DNA from: Gordonia lacunae
Lineage (GTDB): Bacteria > Actinomycetota > Actinomycetes > Mycobacteriales > Mycobacteriaceae
NCBI RefSeq assembly: GCF_002149015.1
Contig: NZ_NGFO01000003.1
Coordinates: forward strand, 116,779 to 148,778
Direction of reading: 5' to 3'
DNA: 32,000 bases
A program made the translations under genes and the position numbers. Position 1 is the first letter of the stretch. Every line of letters starts with the position of its first letter. The notes under the pieces are model-generated. The model searched no databases and was not told the origin of the DNA. It was given only the letters and a program-made list of their open reading frames with translations. This document shows positions 8,347 to 15,720 of this stretch, piece after piece.

Positions 8347-9148
8347 TGAGCGTCCGGCCGAGGAAGTACTGGACACCCGGCGGGATCGGTCGTACCGCTG
8401 CCGTGACCAGCTTGTTCACCGTGCCGGTGATGCACACCGGATCACCTTTCATCACCGCGTTCCACCCTTCCCGCACGACGTCCTCGGGCTCTTGCCACAG
8501 CACACCCGGCAACCGGTCGGCGGTCTTGCGGGTCTCTGCGCCCATCGCATCGTGGAACTCGCTTCTGGTGAATCCGGGACACAGCGCCGTCACGTGGATC
8601 CCGTGCGGCTTGAGTTCCATGTCCAGGGACTCAGACATCAACAGCACGTACGACTTGATGGCGCTGTAGAGCAGACCCTCAGCGGGAGGCAACAGCGCCG
8701 TGATGGACGAGACGTTCACGATCCGCCCCCACCGGCGCTCCTTCATCCCCGGGAGCACGCCGTGGGACAGCTCGGTCAGCGAGGTCAGCATCAACTGCAA
8801 ATGACCTCGGACCTCCTCCCACGACGTCTCGGCGAACGTGGTGCTCAGCGACATCCCGGCGTTGTTGACCAGCACGTCGATCGCCAGCCCGAGCTCGTCG
8901 GCGTGCTCGATGATCGCAAGCGGGGTCGCGCGATCGGACAGGTCGCCGGCGAAAGTCTCGCATCGGACACCGTGCTCTCGACGCAGGCGCGCGGACAGTT
9001 CATCGAGCCGTTCGGCTCGCCGCGCAACCAGGATGAGGTCGTATCCCTGTGCGGCGAGATGGTCTGCGAACGTCTTGCCGATGCCGGCGGAGGCGCCGGT
9101 GATCAGGGCCGTGCGGTGATCAGGCGACCCGTGTCGATTCGATGACAT
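8333..9148 (-). CDS. Short-chain dehydrogenase/reductase (classical SDR), 271 aa
   Basis: TGASAGIGK cofactor motif, NNAG, and a catalytic S...YxxxK region (SSITALL...YSAIKSY). Confidence 0.9.
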   Translation of the reverse strand: MSSNRHGSPDHRTALITGASAGIGKTFADHLAAQGYDLILVARRAERLDELSARLRREHGVRCETFAGDLSDRATPLAIIEHADELGLAIDVLVNNAGMSLSTTFAETSWEEVRGHLQLMLTSLTELSHGVLPGMKERRWGRIVNVSSITALLPPAEGLLYSAIKSYVLLMSESLDMELKPHGIHVTALCPGFTRSEFHDAMGAETRKTADRLPGVLWQEPEDVVREGWNAVMKGDPVCITGTVNKLVTAAVRPIPPGVQYFLGRTLNPFR

Positions 9149-9251
9149 GAGTGGACTCTCGGTCGATGGACGATGCCGCGAGTTCTACCAGGCCGCACGC
9201 CGCATCATTGGCGACGACAGCGGGATTCGTTCCAACGCCGGGTGGGGCGCT

Positions 9252-10403
9252 TCAGGACACGTGACCGTACGGGTGCCATCCGGACGGGTTCCATTTGCCG
9301 CCGCGCTCCCGCCGGACCTCGCGGAGGCTGGTCCCCACGTATCGCGCCTCGAGATCGGGGTCGGGTGTCCCGGTGTACACCCACCGCTTCGGGTCGAGGT
9401 TGCCCTCGGCGTCGCGATAGGACTCCCAGTAGTCGACGCGATGGACCGCACGGACGAGGTCGTCGGCAAAGACCAACACGGGCAGGTCCGGAACGGTCCG
9501 GTGCGGTCCCGCGCGCCAGGCGCTGCGGGAGAGTTCGTAGATGACGTCGGCGGTGGCGTCGCCCCGCGCCGACGCGTCGACCTTCACCAGCACGCACAGC
9601 TCCGGTAGCGGCGGCGACACCGGCGCCGCATATCGCCCGACGAGTTCCTCGATGCGCCACGGCCCGTGCGCATCCGGCGCATCCGATGAACCCGACCCGG
9701 CCAGGTCGGCGACGTCGAGGCCCGCGCGCCGCAACGAGTTCGCATGCAGCTCAGCAGAATTCGCAGAGCCGATGTCATACCGCAGAATCCAGTGTTCGAC
9801 GCCGAACCCGTCGGCATCGATGTCGCGGATACGTTCTTCGATCGCATCCGCGATCGCCACCGGGTCGTCGTCACCCACGATGTCGACGGGGTCCGGCACG
9901 ACCCCCGCCAGGGCGGCGGCCGAATGACGATGCACCCGGTCACCCCGACCCGCACCGACATGGAACAAGGACGCGTCCCGCGGATCGACGAGCGCATACA
10001 CATAGACGCCGAGGGCGGACTGCGCCTCGTACGGAACCGGCTTCGGCGGACCGGGGGCCGGGACCGCGACCGGTCGCAGCAGGGCGAGCACCTCGTCGAC
10101 GACCGACGGCCGGACCCCGAGCCCACCCCCGGTGATCCCACCGAAGACCACCTCGCCGGCACGCTCCCGATCGATGAACCGGCGGCCGGCCAAACGGTCG
10201 ACCGCACGCACGACCTCGGCGACCTCGGCGCGGCGCGCCGCAGCACTCCGCGACGCCGTCCGCTCGTCGCCGGGGTCGAGCATTTCGGCGAACGCCGACG
10301 AGGACAGGAAGGCGTCGAGTGCCGTCCGGGGCAGCTCTACCGCATCGATCCGGTGCGGTGCACGCCCGGGTTCGGTCGCGTCGTCGTGGCGCTGTCGCGT
10401 CAT
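9252..10403 (-). CDS. Hypothetical protein with a central GIY-YIG-like module and conserved C-terminal domain, 383 aa
   Basis: GVYVYALVDPRDASLFHVGAGRGDRVHRH resembles the GIY...YVGxGxxxR core of GIY-YIG nucleases of the uncharacterised bacterial type. About 130 aa of N-terminal extension has no recognisable motif. I chose the ATG at 10403; the 26 upstream codons of the tracked ORF are AT-rich at third positions and cover the palindromic operator. Confidence 0.6.
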   Translation of the reverse strand: MTRQRHDDATEPGRAPHRIDAVELPRTALDAFLSSSAFAEMLDPGDERTASRSAAARRAEVAEVVRAVDRLAGRRFIDRERAGEVVFGGITGGGLGVRPSVVDEVLALLRPVAVPAPGPPKPVPYEAQSALGVYVYALVDPRDASLFHVGAGRGDRVHRHSAAALAGVVPDPVDIVGDDDPVAIADAIEERIRDIDADGFGVEHWILRYDIGSANSAELHANSLRRAGLDVADLAGSGSSDAPDAHGPWRIEELVGRYAAPVSPPLPELCVLVKVDASARGDATADVIYELSRSAWRAGPHRTVPDLPVLVFADDLVRAVHRVDYWESYRDAEGNLDPKRWVYTGTPDPDLEARYVGTSLREVRRERGGKWNPSGWHPYGHVS

Positions 10404-10450
10404 GGTCGCATGATGCCAGCACCAGGTCCGGAAACCGACGAAGCGGTAGT

Positions 10451-10476
10451 GTACGTTTGTACATGTACATACGTAC
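10451..10476. promoter_or_regulatory. 26-bp AT-rich near-perfect palindrome, likely TetR operator
   Basis: GTACGTTTGTACATGTACATACGTAC differs from its own reverse complement at one symmetric position pair. It lies in the 113-bp divergent gap, 41 nt upstream of the TetR ATG, and is the most AT-rich stretch of the window. Confidence 0.55.
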
Positions 10477-10516
10477 ATCAACGTTGAGAGGACCGGACCG
10501 TCGTGAGCAGACCGTC

Positions 10517-11113
10517 ATGACCGAGGTCCCGGCCCGCCGTCGCCGGAACCCCGAAGAACGCCGTCGCACGATCGTGGAGGCCGCCGCCACCCTGATCACC
10601 GAGGTCGGCTCGGACGCTCTCACGCACCGGCTCGTGGCCCGGCGGGCCGGCGTACCACTGGGTTCGACGACGCAGTACTTCGCCACGCTCGACGATCTGC
10701 GCGAGGCCGCGCTCGCCCGCCTGGCCGACGACATCGACTCGGGCCTGGCCGAGGTCGCGGAGACACTCGGCGAGCACGGCCCGTCGGCTCCCGTCTTCGC
10801 CGAGGCGCTCCACGAGTACCTGTCCGACGAGCGGCTGATCCGTGCCGACCTCGCACTCGTGTCGGCCGCGGTGATCGATCCCGCACTGCGCCCGCTCGCG
10901 GTTCGCTGGCCCGCCGGACTGATCGAGATGCTCGTGCCCCACGTCGGGGCCACGGCCGCCCGTGCGATCGCCGCCTACACCGACGGGGTGGCGATGCACG
11001 CACTCCTGTACGGGTCACCGCTGTCGCTACACGACCTGACGGCGACCCTCACCGCTCTCACCGCACTGCCCTCCACTCCCTCCACCACCGATCAGAACCG
11101 GAGCCGACGATGA
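10517..11113 (+). CDS. TetR-family transcriptional regulator, 198 aa
   Basis: N-terminal HTH region RRRTIVEAAATLITEVGSDALTHRLVARRAGVPLGSTTQYFATLDDL. The stop overlaps the MFS start (ATGA at 11110-11113). Confidence 0.9.
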   Translation: MTEVPARRRRNPEERRRTIVEAAATLITEVGSDALTHRLVARRAGVPLGSTTQYFATLDDLREAALARLADDIDSGLAEVAETLGEHGPSAPVFAEALHEYLSDERLIRADLALVSAAVIDPALRPLAVRWPAGLIEMLVPHVGATAARAIAAYTDGVAMHALLYGSPLSLHDLTATLTALTALPSTPSTTDQNRSRR

Positions 11114-12666
11114 CGCAGCACTCATCGAAGACCACCTCGCCGACGGGCGCCGGACCGGGCCTGTCCGTCCGGCGCCGGTGGGCGTCGGCCGCCGTGCTGT
11201 CGGCCAGCCTGCTGGTCATCACCGTCGACCTGACGATCCTCAACGTCGCACTGCCCGATCTGGCGGCCGACCTGCGCCCAACCGCCGACCAGCAGTTGTG
11301 GATCATCGACGCCTACTCGCTCGTCCTGGCCGGCCTGCTGCTCTCCATGAGTTCGCTGGCCGACCGGTGGGGCCGAAAGCGGATGCTGATCACCGGCTTC
11401 GCGGTGTTCGGCGGCGCCTCGGCCCTGGTGCTGCTGGCCGATTCGCCCGGCGCGGTGATCGCGGTTCGGGTGCTGTTGGGCGTCGGCGGCGCGATGATCA
11501 TGCCGACCACGCTGTCGCTGTTGCGCAGCATCTTCACCGACCCCGCCGAACGTGCCACCGCTCTCGGGCTGTGGGCCGCGGTGTCGGGTCTGGGTGCGGC
11601 CATCGGTCCGATCGTCGGCGGCTTTCTGCTGGAGTACTTCTCGTGGCGCGCCGCGTTTCTGGTCAACGTCCCGCTGATGGTCGTCGCCATCGTCGCCGCC
11701 CTGCTGATCCTGCCGGAGTCGAAGCACCCGCAACCGGGCCGGTGGGACGCCCTCGGCGCGGTGATGTCGATCGCCGGCATGGTCGCGCTGGTCTGGGCGA
11801 TCAAGCGGTTCGCCAAGGAGGAGAGCCTCCTCGCGCCAGAGGCCTGGTTGGCCCTGCTCGGCGCGATCCTCATCCTGGCCCTGTTCGTGCGGCGATGCCT
11901 GCGCCGCACCGAACCGCTCCTCGACGTCTCGCTCTTCCGCAGCCGGCCGTTCAGCGCCGGCGTCCTGGCCGCGCTCGGCTCGATGTTCGGACTGGCTGCG
12001 GCACTGCTGCTGCTGGCGCAATGGCTTCAACTGGTCGAGGGCCATTCCCCGATCGCGGCCGGTGTCCGGCTGCTGCCGGTGGCGGGAGCGGCGATCGTGT
12101 CCTCGATGATCGCCGCCCCGCTGTCCCGCATGATCGGCGCGCGCGCCGTCGTGGCCGGCGGCATCGGCATCGCCGGTGTCGGCATGGCGCTGATGTCGCT
12201 CGGCTCCGACGGAATCGGTTACGGCACGGTCGCCATCGCCCAGGTCCTCGTCGGTTTCGGCATCGGCTCGCTGGCGATCGCGTCGGCGATGATCATGGCC
12301 GGCACACCGGATGCCAAGGCGGGCAATGCTGCTGCCCTGGAGGAGACCGCGTACGACCTCGGCAACGTGCTCGGCGTCGCCATCCTCGGAAGTGTCGCGT
12401 CGATTCTGTACCGGTCCACGCTGACGGCCGAACCGATCCCCGGCGTGCCAGCCGAGGCGACCGACGAGGCCGCCGAATCCCTCGGTGCCGCCATGGGTCT
12501 CGCCGACGCGGCGGGCTCGCCGGGCCTCGCGGAGCGGGCGGCGACCGCGTTCACCGACGCCATGCAGGAGACGAGCCTCATCGGCGGGCTCACCCTCGTC
12601 GCCGTCGCCGTGGCTGTCTTCGTGCTCGTGCCGCGCGGCACAGACGTCACGGCGGTGCAGCACTGA
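11110..12666 (+). CDS. MFS transporter, 14-TMS DHA2 (EmrB/QacA-like) drug:H+ antiporter, 518 aa
   Basis: Motif A-like LADRWGRKRMLITG, motif C-like region, about 14 hydrophobic segments, translationally coupled to the TetR gene. Confidence 0.9.
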   Translation: MTQHSSKTTSPTGAGPGLSVRRRWASAAVLSASLLVITVDLTILNVALPDLAADLRPTADQQLWIIDAYSLVLAGLLLSMSSLADRWGRKRMLITGFAVFGGASALVLLADSPGAVIAVRVLLGVGGAMIMPTTLSLLRSIFTDPAERATALGLWAAVSGLGAAIGPIVGGFLLEYFSWRAAFLVNVPLMVVAIVAALLILPESKHPQPGRWDALGAVMSIAGMVALVWAIKRFAKEESLLAPEAWLALLGAILILALFVRRCLRRTEPLLDVSLFRSRPFSAGVLAALGSMFGLAAALLLLAQWLQLVEGHSPIAAGVRLLPVAGAAIVSSMIAAPLSRMIGARAVVAGGIGIAGVGMALMSLGSDGIGYGTVAIAQVLVGFGIGSLAIASAMIMAGTPDAKAGNAAALEETAYDLGNVLGVAILGSVASILYRSTLTAEPIPGVPAEATDEAAESLGAAMGLADAAGSPGLAERAATAFTDAMQETSLIGGLTLVAVAVAVFVLVPRGTDVTAVQH

Positions 12667-12720
12667 GTCGGGGCAGCACTGAGTCAGGGCAGCACTGAGT
12701 CGGGGCAGCACTGAGTCGGC
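12657..12720. repeat. 16-bp tandem repeat x4 (GCAGCACTGAGTCGGG) containing the MFS stop codon
   Basis: Units at 12657, 12673, 12689 and 12705, with one mismatch in unit 2 and one in unit 4. The MFS TGA (12664-12666) is inside unit 1. The array fills the 60-bp convergent gap to the next gene. Confidence 0.85.
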
Positions 12721-12726
12721 CGGCCC

Positions 12727-13650
12727 TCAGTTCGTCACGGCGGCCTCGACCGACGGCAGGACGGCATCGCGCACCCGCACCGGGCGCGGGAGAAGACCGT
12801 TGGCGTGGAGGAGGTCGGCGGCGCGCTGCTGCTCGTCGAGGAATTCCTCTGTGACGGGCCCGATTCCGAACGGCCGGTTGCGGATGGCGGCCTCCCAGGC
12901 GTCGAGACTGGCGTCCCCACCGCGATCGACGACGTCACGGACGAAATACTCGGCGGCCTCGCGGGGATGGTCGACGATCCACTGATCCGACTCACGGAGC
13001 GCGTCGACGATGGCGGCCAGTTCCTCGGAATGCTGTTCGGCGAAGTCGCGTCGCGTGAACCACAGCGACGGATGGCTGAACAGTCCTTCGGTGTCGATCA
13101 GGGTCCGGAGTTCGAGGTCGCGCTCGACGGCGGCCAGACCGGGGTAGGCGCCGACCCAGGCGTCGATCTCACCACTGCGGAAGGAGTCGGCGCCGTCGGT
13201 GACCGAGGTGTTGACGGGCACGATGTCGCGCCACGTCAACCCGACCGAATCGAGCGCGAACAGCAGCAGTGTCGTCTGCCACGAACCGTGGGCGATGCCC
13301 ACCCGCTTGCCCTTCAGCGCGGCCACCGAGTCGATGTCGGAGTCGGCCTTCACCACGAGACGCCCGTTCTCGGTACGTGGTCCGGACACTCCGACGTAGA
13401 CGAGGTCGCGCTCCTGTGCCAGACCCGTGATCGGCGGCGTGAAACCCGTGCCGATGAAGTCGTACCCGCCCTCGGTGAACAGCCAGTCCGAGTGCAGGGT
13501 GGGCAGGCCCGTGGTCGGGTCCGGCTCCGGCGACGCGGGCAGGCTCCGCAGGTCGACCCATTCGACGTCGATGCGTCGTTCGAGGATGCCCCGGTGGCGG
13601 AGCACGAACAGGGAGTTGTTGTGCGGGAAATAGCCGACTCGAACGGTCAT
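12727..13650 (-). CDS. Cytoplasmic periplasmic-binding-protein-fold (NMT1/SsuA/DszB-like) protein without signal peptide or Cys nucleophile, 307 aa
   Basis: ATG at 13650 with AGGAGAGAC upstream. It starts MTVRVGYFPHNN with no signal or lipobox. SsuA/NMT1-like segments (LKGKRVGIAHGSWQ, GEIDAWVGAYPG). A DszB-like H...EGG segment (LHSDWLFTEGGYD) is present, but no CPVP cysteine. Confidence 0.75.
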   Translation of the reverse strand: MTVRVGYFPHNNSLFVLRHRGILERRIDVEWVDLRSLPASPEPDPTTGLPTLHSDWLFTEGGYDFIGTGFTPPITGLAQERDLVYVGVSGPRTENGRLVVKADSDIDSVAALKGKRVGIAHGSWQTTLLLFALDSVGLTWRDIVPVNTSVTDGADSFRSGEIDAWVGAYPGLAAVERDLELRTLIDTEGLFSHPSLWFTRRDFAEQHSEELAAIVDALRESDQWIVDHPREAAEYFVRDVVDRGGDASLDAWEAAIRNRPFGIGPVTEEFLDEQQRAADLLHANGLLPRPVRVRDAVLPSVEAAVTN

Positions 13651-13676
13651 TGTCTCTCCTGAGTGGTGTGGGGTGG

Positions 13677-13717
13677 TTCGGGGCGGATCAGAGTTCGGGG
13701 CGGTTCAGAGTTCGGGG
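13677..13717. repeat. 17-bp tandem repeat x2.4 (TTCGGGGCGGWTCAGAG) containing the aldolase-fold gene stop codon
   Basis: Units at 13677-13693 and 13694-13710 (one A/T difference), plus partial TTCGGGG at 13711-13717. The stop codon complement TCA is at 13705-13707, with its duplicated copy at 13688-13690. Confidence 0.8.
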
Positions 13718-14421
13718 ATGAGACCGCGTTCGCGCGCCTCGGGGAGCAGACCGCTGCGCTTCCACTGCACCTCGAGATTGGTGGGGTGGAATTCCGCCGA
13801 CCCGCCGAGTCCTTCGGCGATCGCCTGGAACTGGGCCCCCTCCTCCAGCAGGACGATGAACTTGGCGGTGTCGAGCAGTCCTCGGCGACCGATCACGTTG
13901 GACCCGCCGTTGGCCTCGAAGATCGCGGCGAGATGCGGATCCTCCTGAAGCCGTTCGAGGATGAACTCCGATGCCGGCTGGCGGCGGTTGATGTGCGGCG
14001 GGATCTCCCGCGACAGCGTCAGCCGCTGGGAGGCCGCGTACCGGATCGGGAGGGTCCGGTGGGTCTGCGCCCAGGCACCCAGCCACGGCGTGTGGATGTG
14101 CACGACGGTCGTGATGTCCTCGTGGGCGCGGAACACCGGCGCATAGGATGTTACGAAACCCGCTGCACCCGAACCGGACAGGATCTCCCCGTCGAAGGTC
14201 GCCACCACCGGACGGACGGTCAGGTCGTCGGCCCAGGGACCCGGGTCGTTCAGTGCGACGGCGATCTCACGACCGGGGACGCGTTCGACGAAGTTGGCGG
14301 TACCGTTCGCCGACACCGTCCCGGTGGTCCGGAAGACGTCGAACGCCTTCTGTGCGTGCTCGGTCGCCTCGGCGACGAATTCGGCGACCTCGCGGTCGAG
14401 TCCGGTCTCTACGGTGGTCAT
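13705..14421 (-). CDS. Class II aldolase/adducin-fold protein (divergent), 238 aa
   Basis: ATG at 14421 with AGGAGAGAC upstream. GTANFVERV resembles the FucA GTAGNVSVR, and VVHIHTPW matches the HxH metal motif. The third His region (HHG in FucA) reads ANGG. The tracked 390-aa ORF is an Arg/Pro-rich upstream extension overlapping the next gene and I rejected it. Confidence 0.75.
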   Translation of the reverse strand: MTTVETGLDREVAEFVAEATEHAQKAFDVFRTTGTVSANGTANFVERVPGREIAVALNDPGPWADDLTVRPVVATFDGEILSGSGAAGFVTSYAPVFRAHEDITTVVHIHTPWLGAWAQTHRTLPIRYAASQRLTLSREIPPHINRRQPASEFILERLQEDPHLAAIFEANGGSNVIGRRGLLDTAKFIVLLEEGAQFQAIAEGLGGSAEFHPTNLEVQWKRSGLLPEARERGLIPEL

Positions 14422-14489
14422 GTCTCTCCTTGCGATGAAATGGGTTGTCTGTCTTCGACGATGGCGTGCGAGAGGAGGCGCGGCGGTGC

Positions 14490-15662
14490 TCAGGCCACAC
14501 CCAGGGCGGACCCGGCGGTGGTCTCGGGCCGGCCGAGCCGGGATCGTCCCAGGAGCGGGAGGACCTCCTCGCCGACGCGATAGGCCTCTTCGAGATGGGG
14601 GTTGCCCGCCAGGATGAAGGCGTCGACGCCGAGATCGATCAGTTCGTCGAGTCGTTCGGCGACCTGCTCGTAGCTGCCGACCAGCCCGAACGCCGGGCCG
14701 CCGCGCATCAGGCTGAATCCGCACCACACGTTGGGCTGGACCTCGAGATCGGTGTAGTCGGTGATGTTCTCGGGCACCCAGCCCTTGATCCGGCCCGCGC
14801 CGACGGAGTCGCCCTGCGCCTGGCGGTTCGCCGCGGCGCGGTCGACGTGCTGCCAACCCTCGGCGATCTCGGCCCACGCCGCCTCGGCGGTGTGCCGGGC
14901 GAGGACGTCGATGCGGACCGCGAACCGCGGACGCCGTCCCAGCCGCGCCGCGTGCTCGCGCACCCCGTCGAACTTGGCACGCAGATCCGCGAAGGGTTCG
15001 AGCCAGGACAGGTAGTAGTCGGCATGACTGCCCGCGGCGTTGACCGCGGCGCCGGACGACCCGGAGAAGTAGATCTCCGGGAACGGCGTCTCGGCGAGTT
15101 GTGGTGGCAGCGCTGCCCCCTCGGTGGAGAAGAAGTCGCCGTCGTAGTCGAATGGCTCAGTCCCCCACACCCCCTTGAGGACGTCGAGGAACTCGCTGGT
15201 CCGGCGGTACCGGTCATCGTGGGCGACCTTGTCGCCCCACCACAATTGGGCCGGACCGCCGCCCCCGCTGATGATGTTGTAGACCAGGCGGCCCCCGTTC
15301 GCCCGCTGCAGGCTGGCCGACATCCGGGCGGCCTGCAGCGGATGCAGGAACCCCGGCTGGAACGCGACCATGAACCGGTAGGTGCTGGTCTCCCGGGCCA
15401 GTGCCGCAGCGGCCGCCCACGGGTCATCGGTCCCGGGGAACGACGGAAGCAACCCGCCGACGAAGCCGGCGCTCTCGGAGGCCTTGGCCACGGCCGCCAT
15501 GTGGTCGATGTAGCTGTAGGAGTCGCGTTCTCCCGCACGGATCGCCGGCGTCAGGTTGCCCGGCTGGACGCCGCGCCAGTCGCCCCGGTTGAGCCGGCGC
15601 GGCGTGCGCAGGGTGGCATGGTCGCCCCCCATCCCTATCCGCCAGTAGAAGTCGATGGTCAT
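14490..15662 (-). CDS. Luciferase-like (LLM) FMNH2-dependent monooxygenase, SsuD-like, 390 aa
   Basis: The C-terminus [21 protein letters not shown] is nearly identical in pattern to E. coli SsuD [20 protein letters not shown] as recalled. Also [16 protein letters not shown] and [13 protein letters not shown] match SsuD blocks. Confidence 0.88.
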   Translation of the reverse strand: [390 protein letters not shown]

Positions 15663-15691
15663 GGGTCTCCGCTCGTCGATGGAGGAAACGG

Positions 15692-15720
15692 GTCGGTCAG
15701 GAGTCGGGTCAGGCCAGGAC
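15692..15720. repeat. Imperfect 12-bp duplication (GTCGG(G)TCAGGM) containing the second LLM stop codon
   Basis: TCA at 15697-15699 and TCA at 15709-15711 (the real stop complement) sit in near-identical contexts 12 nt apart. In the sense direction this reads GCC TGA CCC GAC TCC TGA. It is short and imperfect, so it is the weakest of the stop-codon repeats. Confidence 0.45.

Noticed and set aside
13705-14877. 5' extensions of tracked ORFs: 390-aa version of the aldolase-fold gene, 499-aa version of the ABC ATPase (17909..19408), 573-aa mmsA, 416-aa glxK, 275-aa DsbA-like, 409-aa hypothetical, 515-aa permease.
   Set aside because: - In each case an internal start with a Shine-Dalgarno-like sequence, or with stop/start overlap, gives the canonical family N-terminus.
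- The extensions are compositionally atypical, or they overlap the upstream gene or regulatory palindromes.
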